DNA of 64,000 nt, from NCBI GenBank assembly GCA_965213685.1, contig CBDBZY010000064.1, positions 128,001 through 192,000 of the forward strand, in the 5' to 3' direction. The notes beneath the pieces were generated by a model that was given only the letters and a program-made list of their open reading frames with translations, was not told where the DNA came from and searched no databases. Position 1 is the first letter of the stretch, and each line of letters opens with the position of its first letter. The DNA comes from a bacterium (lineage in GTDB: Bacteria > UBA8248). Made by a program: the position numbers and the translations under genes. Shown here piece after piece: positions 11,775-23,580 of this stretch.

Positions 11775-13289
11775 TCCATAACTTATCTTCAATTTCAGGA
11801 GAAGCCATTGCCCCAAATTTCAAATTCATATCCAGATCAAATATTGACTTTAGATTATAATTATGCAGCCAGTGTTCAGATAAAGCAATTATGTCAATGT
11901 CTGGACTCCAACGAGGAGGGTGGTGTTGTTCAGACACATGCTAACTATGTAGTTGAAATCATTTTTTCATCATAAGCACTGTAAACCACTCCTCACTGTC
12001 ATCCATAGCTGTTGCAATGAATATAGATATTAACGGTGAAAATTATTGATTACAACACATATAATACAACTATGTCACAGTGGCATAGCCAGGGGGGGGG
12101 CTTAGGGGGCTCGAACACCCCCCTTACTGACTTCAGTCAGACCTAGAGTAGCGGGGAAAGCCTGGCTGTGCTAGACTATTCCTGCTTTTGATGAACTTAT
12201 TATACTGTTAAAAATGAGGAGTGCTGGTAACTCTGGGGAGTAGAAAAATTACTCCTTCACAAGGAGTTATAGCAACACTAAGAGTTTTGTTAACACCTTG
12301 AGGAGTAGTGCAAAGTTCTTAAAGGTGTAAATTCTGAGTATATATGGAGTTATAACTACACTAAGAGTTTTGCTAACATCTTGAGTAGTTGTACAGAGTA
12401 GTGCAAACTCCTTAAAGGTGTAAATTCTTAGTAGTAGTGTCCTCTAAGTCATATGCTCACTAATATTCCATAAATTATGCCATTCTTATGGTGGAAGAAT
12501 GTCTGAAAACTGGTGATTAAGTCATAAGCAAAAGGGGATATGTCAGAACCAGATAGCTGGAAGGCAGCCGGGATACTAGGCTAAGCCAGTGCTAATGTGA
12601 GCAGAATTTCTTATGTTAATTAGTGTAGACAAGTAACTTTGTCTATACTGTCTGTGTTGAATAAAGTGATGGGAGAATACTCCTACGAATCATTGACCTG
12701 CTACAAATACACGGCCAGGGAGACTGCAGCCGGTTTACGGCCCGCGGGAGTGCCCGTATTGAGCTGAGATTACTAGGATGATGAACAAAACACCAGATGG
12801 GGCGTGTACACTTGTCGAATGGCGCAGAACGCCCTTGAGCATCTTCATTGCAAACCAAGTGCACAAGGGACACATCAAAGCCACAGTCGCTGCGTACACT
12901 TCCTAATTGATGCCTCCTCGACACGTCACGTGCATTCAAATTTTGGCGCGTGTATGTTAAATGGCAGTTCTTCGGACAGAAGGTTTTTGAAGATAGACAA
13001 CCCTGAAGTAGTAATATGGCCTACCTAACTGAGTTGGTTGTTTCTTTTCGAACCACCGTAAACGTAGTCGCCACTCTTTAAAGGCACAACTCGGAGTGGG
13101 GCGAGCTTGTGGACCTGGAACCTGACGTGTAAACACAGCAGTATTGGCCACTCCATCAGCAAGCTTACTTGGCGCATTGTGTTCAGACAAGGTGAGGTCG
13201 TATTTCACAGATTCTCCTAGCATTTGTAGGTAACAGTAAGTGCGCAATCATGTAACTGTCACCATAGGTATAGCTATCACGTTGATTTG

Positions 13290-13530
13290 TGGTCATGTGA
13301 CTGTTAGTCTGCTTTGCAACTGTGTGACCGTCAGTCTGATACATTGGGCTTTGTGGTCATATGACTGTCAGTCTGATGCATTGGGCTTTGTCAGTCTGAT
13401 GCGTTGGGCTTTGTGGTCATGTGACTGTCAGTCTGATGCGTTTGGCTTTGTGGTCGTGTGACCGTCAGTCTGATGCGTTGGGCTTTGTGGTCATATGACT
13501 GTCAGTCTGATGCATTGGGCTTTGTGGTTT
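13290..13530. repeat. About 37-bp minisatellite
   Basis: Roughly six copies of GTCAGTCTGATGCGTTGGGCTTTGTGGTCATGTGACT. Confidence 0.85.
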
Positions 13531-14097
13531 TGTGGTCGCCCATCAATTTGAGACCCAGCCTCTCTTTACTCAATTCACCCCCAGCCTCTAAATGAGGCTG
13601 TCTTCTATTCAGAGCAGGCCTCTACTCGAGGAAATATAGTAAACATTTTGATGAGTGTATGTCCATATTACCCTCACGAATGTACATGTACCTTACATTT
13701 ACATGCAGGATTGCTTGATGAGTTTGTGGCTGCTAACAAAGACAGGAGCCACACATAGTGGCTGTATATAGAGACAGGAGTTTTATATCTACATTGAACC
13801 TGAGTGTCTCCTGTCTGTTGGTTCACTTGCCAATGCTCTTGAGCACCTGCTCTATCCAAGGTCACAGAAGACTAAGATGAGCATCCTCTACTACGTACTA
13901 CAGCAAGGTACTTGTTTCCTCTTCACACATTCCAGTCATTTTACAACTGCCCTTGTATGTACCTGCATGGTTATTAATTCTATAATTATGTAGATGTGTA
14001 AAATATGTGTGGATGAACCTATAGTTACATGTGCATACACTTTAGAAATTGTACTGCATGAACATGCGCACTTATGTCTCTATCATGCTACATGCAG

Positions 14098-14376
14098 GGA
14101 TGTGTTGACATCGATGAGTTTGTTGCAGCCAACAATGTACAACAACCACATATTGTGGCAACAGAGAGTGATGAAAACGTGGAATATCACATCTATATTG
14201 AGTCTGAGTGTCTTGTAACAGTAAATTTTGTTGCAGATGTTCTTGCTGACCTCGTATGTGCTTATTTTGTTTCTAATATAGCCTATCCTAATAGTTTGTA
14301 CCCTATCCTTATTTTCTTGCAGTGCTTTGTACTTGGTGTAAACCGTCACACCATGTCATCTCTCTGTTCTTCATAA
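14098..14376 (+). pseudogene. Terminal exon-like relic of a transposon accessory protein (SAMD3-like C-terminal region)
   Basis: QPHIVAT...YHIYIESE...LVCAYFVSNIAYP...LIFLQCFVLGV resembles, from memory, the C-terminus of proteins carried by animal EnSpm-like elements; preceded by CAG. Confidence 0.55.
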
Positions 14377-16410
14377 AACGAAATTTGTTGATGTATTCTA
14401 CAATGTTTTATTTTTGGCACCAACAAAAGCAAGTTTATAGTGAAACTACTAGCTAGGCCAATGTTTGTCATAACTCCATGGAGGAGTAATAGACTAGTTG
14501 CTATGACTCTTCAGAGGAGTTGCTATGATGTAACACGCTAGTTGACATCAGTCCATGGAGGAGTAATAGACTATATAGTTCCTATGACTCTTCAGAGGAG
14601 TTGCCGTGATTCTATAGAGTAGTTGTCATGACTCCATAGAGGAGTAAAAAATAACTCCCTTAGGAGTTTAATTTGTCCACTCGTGGGAACTCCTCTAAAG
14701 GAGTATACACAACTCTACATTTTTAACTGTGATATATATATATGCTAGAGCATTAGTTACTTAGCTTGCAAGAATTGTTAGCGTCAGTTACAGTTACTAT
14801 AGTGCAAAGTTCAACATAATATACAAGCTGCCCTGTAGTCAGGCTGTATATTTCTCCAGGTGAAGGTAAATTTGCTGATATTGATGGATGAAACTCTAAC
14901 ACCCTGCATAGAGCAAGGGGGAGCTGAATTCAAAAACGTGCGTGACAAGTCCACTGACTGAGGATTGAGCACACCATGCAGCGTCAGCCGTTGGACGGGA
15001 ACAACACTATATCAGAAAACTCTAGTCATGATGTCTATTTCTCTCTCACGATGTTTCTGTCTTTAAGAGAGGAGGTTACCGCCGTACAGCCAGTCAGAAA
15101 AGGTGCGACACGTCCCCAAACAACAGCACGGTTGTTATTAAAACCCAGGACGGGACGGGATGAATCCGGGATATCCCGGCGTCTCGTCCCGCCTACTCAA
15201 AATCCGGGACCAATAAACCGAGATCGATATCCGCCGCGCGCTTTTACGAATCCGGGAAAAGTGTTATACTATAATAGTCGATCAATGGCGAAAGATGATT
15301 TTCGTAAAGCAATCTCTCCGCAATCACAGGGGTAAGCTTACTTTTCATACCGACTCCCAGACAATGGCAACGCCATGATCGAATGTGGCACTTGTATGGA
15401 ATGGTTTCATGCATCTTGTGTAGGTCTTCGCAAGAGGTACACTGTAGTTTTGTCGTTTTTGTGAAAGTAATATTTATATAGTCTTGTCATGAACTGTGAA
15501 ATTTGCAAGGATAGGCCTATATAAGGTGTAAAGGTATGATGCGATGAAGCACCTGTAGTAGCTACGTGTCCTGCCGAAGCACGCGCCCCGGTACGCGTGA
15601 AAAGCTTAGCATAATACCGTACGTCCCGGGTTTTAGTAGCACAATATGCTCAAACTTCCGGTTCACCAAAATGGCTGCGTAATCAGGATCTGAGTGCGTT
15701 GTGAATTTATCGCTGGGTCTAGGCTCGGTGCCCGAACAGAAGTTATTCTTTCCTTTCTTTCCTTCTTCACCTGTGTCAGCAGAGTAATTCGTACCATACC
15801 ATCTCCAGGTGAAGTAAGACTTCCAAATGTTATCTGGACAGTAAATCCCCCCATCTCAGCTCCTCCCCTGATAGGGAGGCGTTCCGGTTGTCCCCTAAAG
15901 TGGTTCTGACGGCACAAGATTTGGGGGGTCTGCCAGTGTGATGCTGGCAGATTCGCCAATGACCACTAGTAGTACTTAGGAAAGAATAGGGAGATAAACT
16001 TTTGTCCTGGGTAATGGCCTGGTGCTCAGTGTACTGGACTCTCAGTCTCTGGGTCCAGGTTTGGTGCTCGGACAGAAGTTTATCTTTCCTTCATCAGCTG
16101 TGTCAGCAGAGTAATTCTTAGACTATGGCTATTCAGCCATGTATCATTCTCTCAATCCCTGGCACTGAACAGATGTAAAGAAAATTTGTGTAAAATTCTT
16201 ACAAATTATGCATATGAGTCATAGAGTAGATGACAATTCTTTGGTCCAGTTACGACCTCCCATTATGGGTCATTTACCCATCACATATCAAGCTCCTGCC
16301 ATAGCACACACTCTAGTTACTCTGGAGACATCCTACACCTTGTGCACATGCATCCCATCTCAAGAGTATATTGCAGAGTGGGAGTGACATGGCATCATTC
16401 AGCTGCAACT

Positions 16411-16441
<31 letters not shown>

Positions 16442-16592
16442 CCATACCAAGGTTAAAACTAACCATCCCTCCTATCATGTTAAGGGAGAGTTCTACGTAT
16501 GATATGCATATGCAGCAGGCGGTATGTTCAACACTGGACATTTGAATAATAAGTACCTCACATCAAAGTATACATAAAGGTACAATAATTAT

Positions 16593-18278
16593 CTAAAACC
16601 TTCTATGACAGTTACATTTACTATCAACCACTTTTGATGGCCTTCTATCATGTATGTATATGCAACCTATGTCTGTAGCACTTTTGTTTACCGACTGAAG
16701 AAAGTCTTTTAGCTCTTGTTTCAACACTGGTACAAGGTCAGTGTGCTGGTGAGATATATCAGTTGTTTCTTTAGGATCGGCTACCACATCGTAAAGATTG
16801 ACACTCTGTATGTTTCCTTTATTGTACTCAACAACAAGTTTTTGTGAGTCTCGTAATACTGCACCATAGAAAGATGAGTTTAAATCTCCCTTTTTAAGGT
16901 GAAAGGCAAATGCAATTGAGCTATTGCGATGATTGACATCTCTTTTGAGAAATGGCAGGATAGAAACACCATCTATTGGTCGATCTTGAGGAGTATCAAT
17001 GCCAAGGATATCACACACAGTCGGTAGCAGGTCATTTGTCACCACAGGATAATTGGACTTTCGATTGGCTTTAATCACTGCTGGCCATTCTAATATTGCA
17101 GGGACTCGAATACCACCTTCAAACACTGTCCCTTTCTCTCCTCTCAAACCAGCTGTAGAGCCTGGAGTGCCTTTCTGTGGGCCATTGTCACTTGAGAACC
17201 ACACAAATGTGTTGTTCTTAATGCCATATGTTTCCAGTAAACCTCTGACTCTCCCTATTGCTTGGTCCAGTTGCGATATAGCTCCATAGTAATGGGTAAC
17301 ATCTCTTGAGTAACCTTGTTTTCTGTACATAGTGTAGTAGGGATCAAGAGCATAGTACCGGTAATGCACGTCATGAAATGCAAGTATAACAAAAAAGGGC
17401 TTTTCACTAGAATGCGATTCTTGAAGATATTTCTCAAACATGTCCACAATAAAATCTGAATCTCCAATTATGGAGTCGTGGTAGGCTTGCAATTTTTCTG
17501 ACTCCTTATCCATGTAGTGATAGGCTTTGCAGGCGTCTTGTCCATAGAATCTCTTCTCAACAGTGCAACTGAAGTGTTCAGAGCATCGGCAGTTTGGTGC
17601 CACTGAGGATGTGTCTCTTTCAGTTACTAACCACTGGTCAAAACCATGCATGCCAGGATGGGACACAGGCCACTTCTTGTTACCCCCTTCAATAACTTTC
17701 AAATCACCAACATGCCATTTCCCAAATATGGCAGTTTTGTAGCCTTCGTTCTTCAGAAGTTCAGGCAGTGTTACTTCAGAGGTAGGTAGGGGCATAGAAC
17801 AGGGGCATTCGCCATCATTACATGGATTACCCAGATCTGCGTGCCAGATACAGTATCGATTGTGGTTACGTCCTGTCAACAGAGTGCCTCTGGTTGGTGA
17901 GCAAACAGGACCTCCCGAATAAAACCTCGTTAGGAGGACACTGTTTGGTCCTCGGGCCATTTGGTTGAGATTTGGTGTCTTAGCCTTTCCTCCATTATAC
18001 TCCACGTCACCATAGCCCAGGTCATCAGCTAATAAGTACAGAATATTTGGACGTTGCAATGGATTCTTGTGTCTGTTAAGTTGTGAATATTTGTCCTCTA
18101 TAGGAAATCTAAATTGTTTCTTCACATTTGTGTTTGAAATCTTGTCTTTCTTGCTGTCTACTCTTTTCATTAAAGTAATGCCATTGACATCTCCTAGTGC
18201 GCTGTACAACACAGATACTAAGATACTCACCACCACTGCCGTTACTACTATTGCCACTCTGAAATCTCCCACTTTCAT
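16593..18278 (-). CDS. Sulfatase copy 2 (type B), S1 formylglycine-dependent family, 561 aa, intronless, N-terminal signal anchor
   Basis: PNILYLLADDLGYGD, CSPTR (CxPxR), GKWH, HDVH and SDNG motifs; hydrophobic VAIVVTAVVVSILVSVLY after MKVGDFR, the only Met conserved in all four copies. Confidence 0.93.
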   Translation of the reverse strand: MKVGDFRVAIVVTAVVVSILVSVLYSALGDVNGITLMKRVDSKKDKISNTNVKKQFRFPIEDKYSQLNRHKNPLQRPNILYLLADDLGYGDVEYNGGKAKTPNLNQMARGPNSVLLTRFYSGGPVCSPTRGTLLTGRNHNRYCIWHADLGNPCNDGECPCSMPLPTSEVTLPELLKNEGYKTAIFGKWHVGDLKVIEGGNKKWPVSHPGMHGFDQWLVTERDTSSVAPNCRCSEHFSCTVEKRFYGQDACKAYHYMDKESEKLQAYHDSIIGDSDFIVDMFEKYLQESHSSEKPFFVILAFHDVHYRYYALDPYYTMYRKQGYSRDVTHYYGAISQLDQAIGRVRGLLETYGIKNNTFVWFSSDNGPQKGTPGSTAGLRGEKGTVFEGGIRVPAILEWPAVIKANRKSNYPVVTNDLLPTVCDILGIDTPQDRPIDGVSILPFLKRDVNHRNSSIAFAFHLKKGDLNSSFYGAVLRDSQKLVVEYNKGNIQSVNLYDVVADPKETTDISHQHTDLVPVLKQELKDFLQSVNKSATDIGCIYIHDRRPSKVVDSKCNCHRRF

Positions 18279-18368
18279 AGTTTGGTGAGGACACACACCT
18301 GCAGCTGTAGTACAGAAGGAAGGAACAATGGTAGAAAGTGATCTCTCTACATAAGCGGGGTATACATA

Positions 18369-18419
18369 TACACAAACACAGCCTTGCTGTGGGCCGTGTA
18401 TAAGCACAAAGACATACAC
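18369..18419 (-). promoter_or_regulatory. Conserved upstream motif of about 45 bp, candidate promoter element (also 5539-5588, 5630-5680, 33860-33910, 61159-61209)
   Basis: Minus strand TGCTTATACACGGCCCACAGCAAGGCTGTG about 90-140 nt upstream of each ATG; related copies at about 1080-1150, 6895-6965 and 37900-37970. Confidence 0.35.
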
Positions 18420-18422
18420 GCC

Positions 18423-18767
18423 CACTGTAAAAATTCCATGGTTATTTTAACCATGGTTTTCTCAGTTGCACATTTGTTCAACACTGGACAGTGTGCAAAT
18501 ATGCAGGAAATTCATCTTAAGAAGTGTGGGAGGATTGAGTTGATAAATGACAGTCTTTAGTTCATTAAGCATGACATACAATGTACATGTAACAGTAAGC
18601 ACCCATTATGGACTGTCCGTGCATCACAGGTTCCAGTCACAAATCTGGCCACATGTTGCCCAAATGCATGCAGTCTCATAGTGCATGGAGAAATATAGAA
18701 ACTGAGTGTGGGAAGCTGCAGTTGAGATGGCCATATAAGGTTAAAATCATCATGTTTTTTTGCCGTG
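18423..18767 (+). mobile_element. Degenerate CACTG-family MITE immediately upstream of sulfatase copy 2 (partial paralogues start at 33914 and 61213)
   Basis: CACTGTAAAAATTCCATGGTTATTTTAACC start and TTTTTTTGCCGTG end; homologous to 44368-44819. Confidence 0.75.
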
Positions 18768-20518
18768 AACGCACAATCAAGCGTCAGAGTGACGCACCAT
18801 GCCACCTACGCATTCCGTGTAGGGATCTGAGAAATTTTTTCACTCACTCGGAGGCTACAGAGCGGCGCGGCGCTTAACCTAGATAGCTAAGCGAACGACA
18901 ACGCTAGCAGTTTGCCGCAAAAGCGGGGTAGACTTGACTATGCCGGGATAACTAACCGCTCTGGGGCGCCTTCTTTTAGAACGCGGAGGCTCGATCGACA
19001 GCAAACACTGACGGAGCTCCTTCTTCCGCAAGCGCCGCTTCTTCGTCGGAGGTTCACTTCCAGCCTCTTATTGTACGGTAGTGGAGTGCTGCTATCCTTC
19101 TCTTGCGCTGTTTGCACTGCCCGCACGCTAGGTAACAAACCGCACGACGCGTAATGTACGTCACTAAAACGGAAGTACGTAACTAATGAGGATTTGGATG
19201 GAACCGGAGTTACACGCTCCTTCGCGGCTTCGCCGCTAATAAGCTCCTGGTGAGACTAGAAGACTTTGATAATACTTACAGCGAGTCAAATTAGCCTTGT
19301 GGCCTGCTGTCGAGTGTGTCCAATTTTGGGTGTATACAGTACTTCATTAAGTCTGTACACACATACACACAACTAATAGCACGAAAGCAACAAGATGCTT
19401 TGAACTTTTTAAAAAGCCTTATACACAGTGCGTTGAATATTAAATGGTCGCTACAAATGCGAGTACTCTCGGTTTAGTCTTGCATATCATTTCATTTTTG
19501 CATGGACTCTATTTTCCTTACATTTTCACTACATTTCATCTCTGTAGTTATTCTGATGCCATATTTTTTGGGTTGAAGTTGTCACCACACTAGTAGTGGT
19601 ATGTTGCTCAACCTCTTTTTAATTGAGTTGTGAGAAATCATATTATATGCTTGACAAAATACCACAGTTTTCGGATAAGCAGTATGTTGTGCTGCAAGTT
19701 GTGTGCTGATCATTGAACTAAATTCTAGAAACATGTTTGAAAGATGTAGGGATGGCAGTGTGCAGGCAAGACATGATATACAAAGACTACACAAGTAACC
19801 CCATCCGTATACATCATTTTTTTATACCTGATATGTTTTGCTGGCTATGCATGCCATTAGATATTGAGAACAGCAGTTTGAAGCAAAAAATGTAGGGATG
19901 GGGTTACTTGTGTAGTCTTTGTATAACATTTCTTGCCTGCACATCCCTACACCTAGTTTCTGTGGTTTTTGGCACAGCCTCCCTACATCCTTCAACATTA
20001 AAAACATGTTTTTAATACTTCTTTGTATCCTTTTTTCCTGTACAACAGTTCACTAAAAAGTATTCTGTTCTTGCAAGCTTCTTTCAGAATCCCTCAAACA
20101 AATCATAACAGCCACTGCTACCCATCAGGAACAGAGTAGAAAGGGGCTTAACCGGAAGGAGCTTGAACACCATCACGCCATTTTGAAGTTGGGGGGCTGA
20201 GCCCCTCCAAAAAGTCCTGAGCTAGAGTGACTACTTCACTGTATCTAACTGACTAACTCATACCCGCTACATTAACGTTTTTGTGCAATAGAAAGACGCT
20301 GCTCAAACCTCTCTCAAATCAGTGACAACACCAGCCTAAAATTAATAGGCGTGGCTTCACAAGGCCGTTCTTTAATACGCTTAGCCTCGTCCCCAGGCCC
20401 TCTGCTTGAGCAATTGTTACGCGCGACCTTTGACTCCCGTGGCTTAGGATAGCAGGGGCCTGGGCTCCGAAATAGCGTACGTGACGTCACAGGGTAGAAA
20501 GGGGTAGAAAGGACTTAA

Positions 20519-21092
20519 GGGAGGGCGAGTCATGATTGCGTTCTTCGTCAATTACTCTACCGTCGCTTTCCCACTACATTTACCAATGCTAAAACGACAG
20601 CAATTCTTTGGCGCGGTTGCAAATTCGCTGGGAAAAAATTCATATTTCCCGCTACCGTTGGACGTGCGGCGCTGTGTGGCGCCAACCGGTGAAGAGGTGG
20701 ATGCTCGCCAAAGGGGAGTGAACTAGTTTATGCGCAATGGGTTGCTCGAGGCTTGGCGTGCTACTTTACGGCAGAATTTGCTACCGTTTTTCTAAATTCT
20801 GCAGCACGAAGAAAACGATTATATGTCTAGAAAGAAAGATTTAGCACGGATTTTTAAAGCAAACTTAGATAGCCAACATGCTTAGTAATCATCCACTGAA
20901 GTTTCGTCTCTGCAGCATTAGCCGTTATTGGCAAATTTTTTTTCTATAATTAGCGATATGCACATTGCGTAAATTTTATAATTCTATGAACCGACATATC
21001 ACGCAAAACTACGTTATTTCGCTAACAGGCATCATTAGGAGAATACAATAAAACATAAATCAGGCAAAATCATGTCTTAGGGTCGTCCTGCC
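20519..21092 (+). mobile_element. Kolobok-like MITE, 574 bp
   Basis: TTAA on both sides, GG...CC termini, imperfect TIR; near-identical copies at 30486-31060 and 47053-47625. Confidence 0.8.
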
Positions 21093-21096
21093 TTAA

Positions 21097-21517
21097 AAAA
21101 TTTGCCAATAACGGCTAATGCTGCAGAGACGAAACTTCGGTGGATGATTACTAAGCATGTTGGCTATCTAAGTTTGCTTTAAAAATCCGTGCTAAACCTT
21201 TCTTTCTAGACATATAATCGTTTTCTTCGTGCTGCAGAATTTAGAAAAACGGTAGCAAATTCTGCCGTAAAGTAGCAAGCCAAGCCTCGAGCAACCCATT
21301 GCGCATAAACTAGTTCATTCCCCTTTGGCGAGCATCCACCCCTTCACCGGTAGGCGCCACACAGCGCTGCACGTCCAACGGTAGCGGGAAATAGGAATTT
21401 TTTCCCAGCGAATTTGCAACCGCGCCAAAGAACTGCTGTCGTTTTAGCGTTGGTAAATATAGGGGGAAAGCGACGGTAGAGTAATTGACGAAGAACGCAA
21501 TCATGACTCGCCCTCCC
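21097..21517 (-). mobile_element. Inverted, truncated copy of the same Kolobok-like MITE
   Basis: Reverse complement of about 20519-20940, ending CCCTCCC-TTAA. Confidence 0.85.
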
Positions 21518-22856
21518 TTAATTGGCGTGCACCTGCAGTAACGTTGCCCACTCATTACGCCCTCTAAATTACCCTTCACGTAGGCCTGTTTAGCTCGCGT
21601 ACGCTGGAAGAGCCCGATCGATCGCCCAGCACAGAGCCGCTCTTTTCTTTGCTGGGATTCTCCGTTGTCAGTGGTTACCCGACGTCGAGTTTCAGGTACA
21701 ATGCATGCAAACGTGCGCATAGTTCTACCTCGCTCTGCGATGGACTCTAAGTACCACACAGCATTCTAGCCCATCCTATACATCCCAATAGCTCATCTAC
21801 GAGTCTTGTTGTATATAAAGAACCACTCTGTGTTCGAGTTTAGAAAGCAAAATCGGCACCTCACGTGAATGTGGTTTTTCCCACCCACGTTAATTAAACT
21901 TCTCGCGATTACGCTATTTCGGAGCCCAGGCTCTCCCCCTTCCTAGTTTTACGAATTCAAAGGTCACGCATCAACATCGCGTGGGCAGAGAGCCTGGGGA
22001 CGAGGCTAGCTAGGTGCAGAGTAAAAGCCCCACCCGAAATTACAGGATCTCACCCTTACGTCACGGCATTACGGCGTAAGCTCTCTGGAAGCTAAGGTGT
22101 TCACGAAACGCACTCGCACATATGTTTTATCAGTCTGAGAAGCTGGTCGCTTTTTATTGTCTGCAAGCTGCCAATCAACGCCGAAGCGCCACCATGCCTA
22201 GCTTCAATGGTGCAAGAGTTGGGTTAACCTGCTGTATAGCCTTGCTATTTACACTACAAAACTTTGCTGCAGTACCCCTCAACTTCAACCGGGTAGTTTG
22301 CACATGCAGTATCAAGATGTAGCTAGCAGACACACTGACATTTACCTTTGCCAGCTGGTTATGGTGGCACTTACCAGGGGCGGATCCAGAGTTAGAGTGG
22401 GGGGGCACAATTGTACTGGGTATCTTACTGTATTTGAACGAACCTGATTGTGGAACCAATTCACGAGTTCAAGTAAACGCAACGCACAATGTCATATACG
22501 TATGTATACGTGTGTACACTGTAGATGTGAAATATGTTGTTGTTGTTTATTTATGTAAACATTTTCGTCTTACCGTGCTTTCTGTTTTCATGGATTTTGA
22601 AAATGGGGGCTGCTACTTTCACATCATCCCATGTCCCCTCATGTGATAAGCTAGTAGGCGTGGTCGAGTAGCGCACAAGCACTCACGCTCAACGCCGCGC
22701 TCCGAGCTCCGGCTGGCGCGCGCCTTCTCGCACGCGGAGAGGGCCCGGTGTCCTGCCTATACGCGAGTTGTTCCCTTTGCAGGAATAGCTGCAAACCAAT
22801 CAGCTAGTGTTCTAGGTACTAGTACCAATCACCTAGTGTTCTAGGTACTAGTACCT

Positions 22857-23045
22857 AAAGCAACGCAAGAATATGCCATTACCCAGTTTCTACTTGGCAG
22901 AGATGTGTTTGTGGCCCTACCTACGAGCTACGGGAAGAGTCTTTGCTATTTCACTCTGCCGTTGATATTTGACCGTTTGAGGACAGTCACCAACCAATCA
23001 TTTGTGTTGGATGTCAGTCCCCTAGTAGCACTAATGAAGGACTAG
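22857..23045 (+). pseudogene. RecQ-like SF2 helicase N-terminal fragment
   Basis: Manual translation QEYAITQFLLGRDVFVALPTSYGKSLCY...VSPLVALMKD* contains the Q-motif, motif I and motif Ia; not in the ORF track. Confidence 0.85.
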
Positions 23046-23339
23046 GTGGCTCACTAGTTTAGCTGACACAGAACTTCCTTCCACATGTCCCTCACCTGCT
23101 CTTCATACTTCCACATCTCCTTCACCTGCTCTATTGTATGCTCGGTTCAATACTATAAAATTTGCATTGATAAAAACAAGTAATATTACTCTAAATAAAA
23201 AAATACGCATTGATATAAACAAGAAGGAAAACAAAATAAGGACTGTGATACCTATATTACAGAAAGTAAAATACGATGGTAATGCAACATGGATGAATTA
23301 AGTGACTCTGCTACTACAAGTAGATTCGCTTGCGTTTCT

Positions 23340-23580
23340 GCATCACCCACAGTAGACCGAGTGCCCCAGATACACTGTATGGAAGATCTCAGGAGAGCAA
23401 GAAATAGCTTGCTTTTCATCCATCCCAAGGTGCTGCCGTAGCACTGGTCCTATTTCTCAGCTAACACTGATGCAAGCTTCTTGTAGCTGACTCTTGCAGC
23501 ATTGCCCACTTTTCCAGACTGGGACACCACAAGGGGTGTGAATGAGCCTTGCTTTACTTTCCAAACATGTTTGTTCCTTT
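23340..23580 (-). mobile_element. 3' fragment of a CRE-like non-LTR retrotransposon (restriction-like endonuclease region)
   Basis: Manual translation VKQGSFTPLVVSQSGKVGNAARVSYKKLASVLAEK*...LGWMKSKLFLALLRSSIQCIWGTR. Confidence 0.7.

Larger units (their letters stand above)
12203..14731 (+). mobile_element. CMC/EnSpm-like non-autonomous element, about 2.5 kb
   Basis: Termini TACTGTTAAAAATG / CATTTTTAACTGTG; arrays of GGAGT/ACTCC sub-terminal repeats; internal ORF relic and minisatellite. Confidence 0.7.
20382..22008. mobile_element. Academ-like non-autonomous element
   Basis: TIR TAGCCTCGTCCCCAGGC / GCCTGGGGACGAGGCTA with 3-bp TSD GCT. Confidence 0.7.

Noticed and set aside
18279-18425. N-terminal extensions of the sulfatase ORFs in the ORF track
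   Set aside because: The frame upstream differs between copies through small indels, and several starts are non-ATG; only MKVGDF is shared by all four
20532-20726. Recurrent ORF MIAFFVNYSTVAFP (four copies)
   Set aside because: Lies within a young MITE; recurrence reflects DNA identity, and one copy is frameshifted
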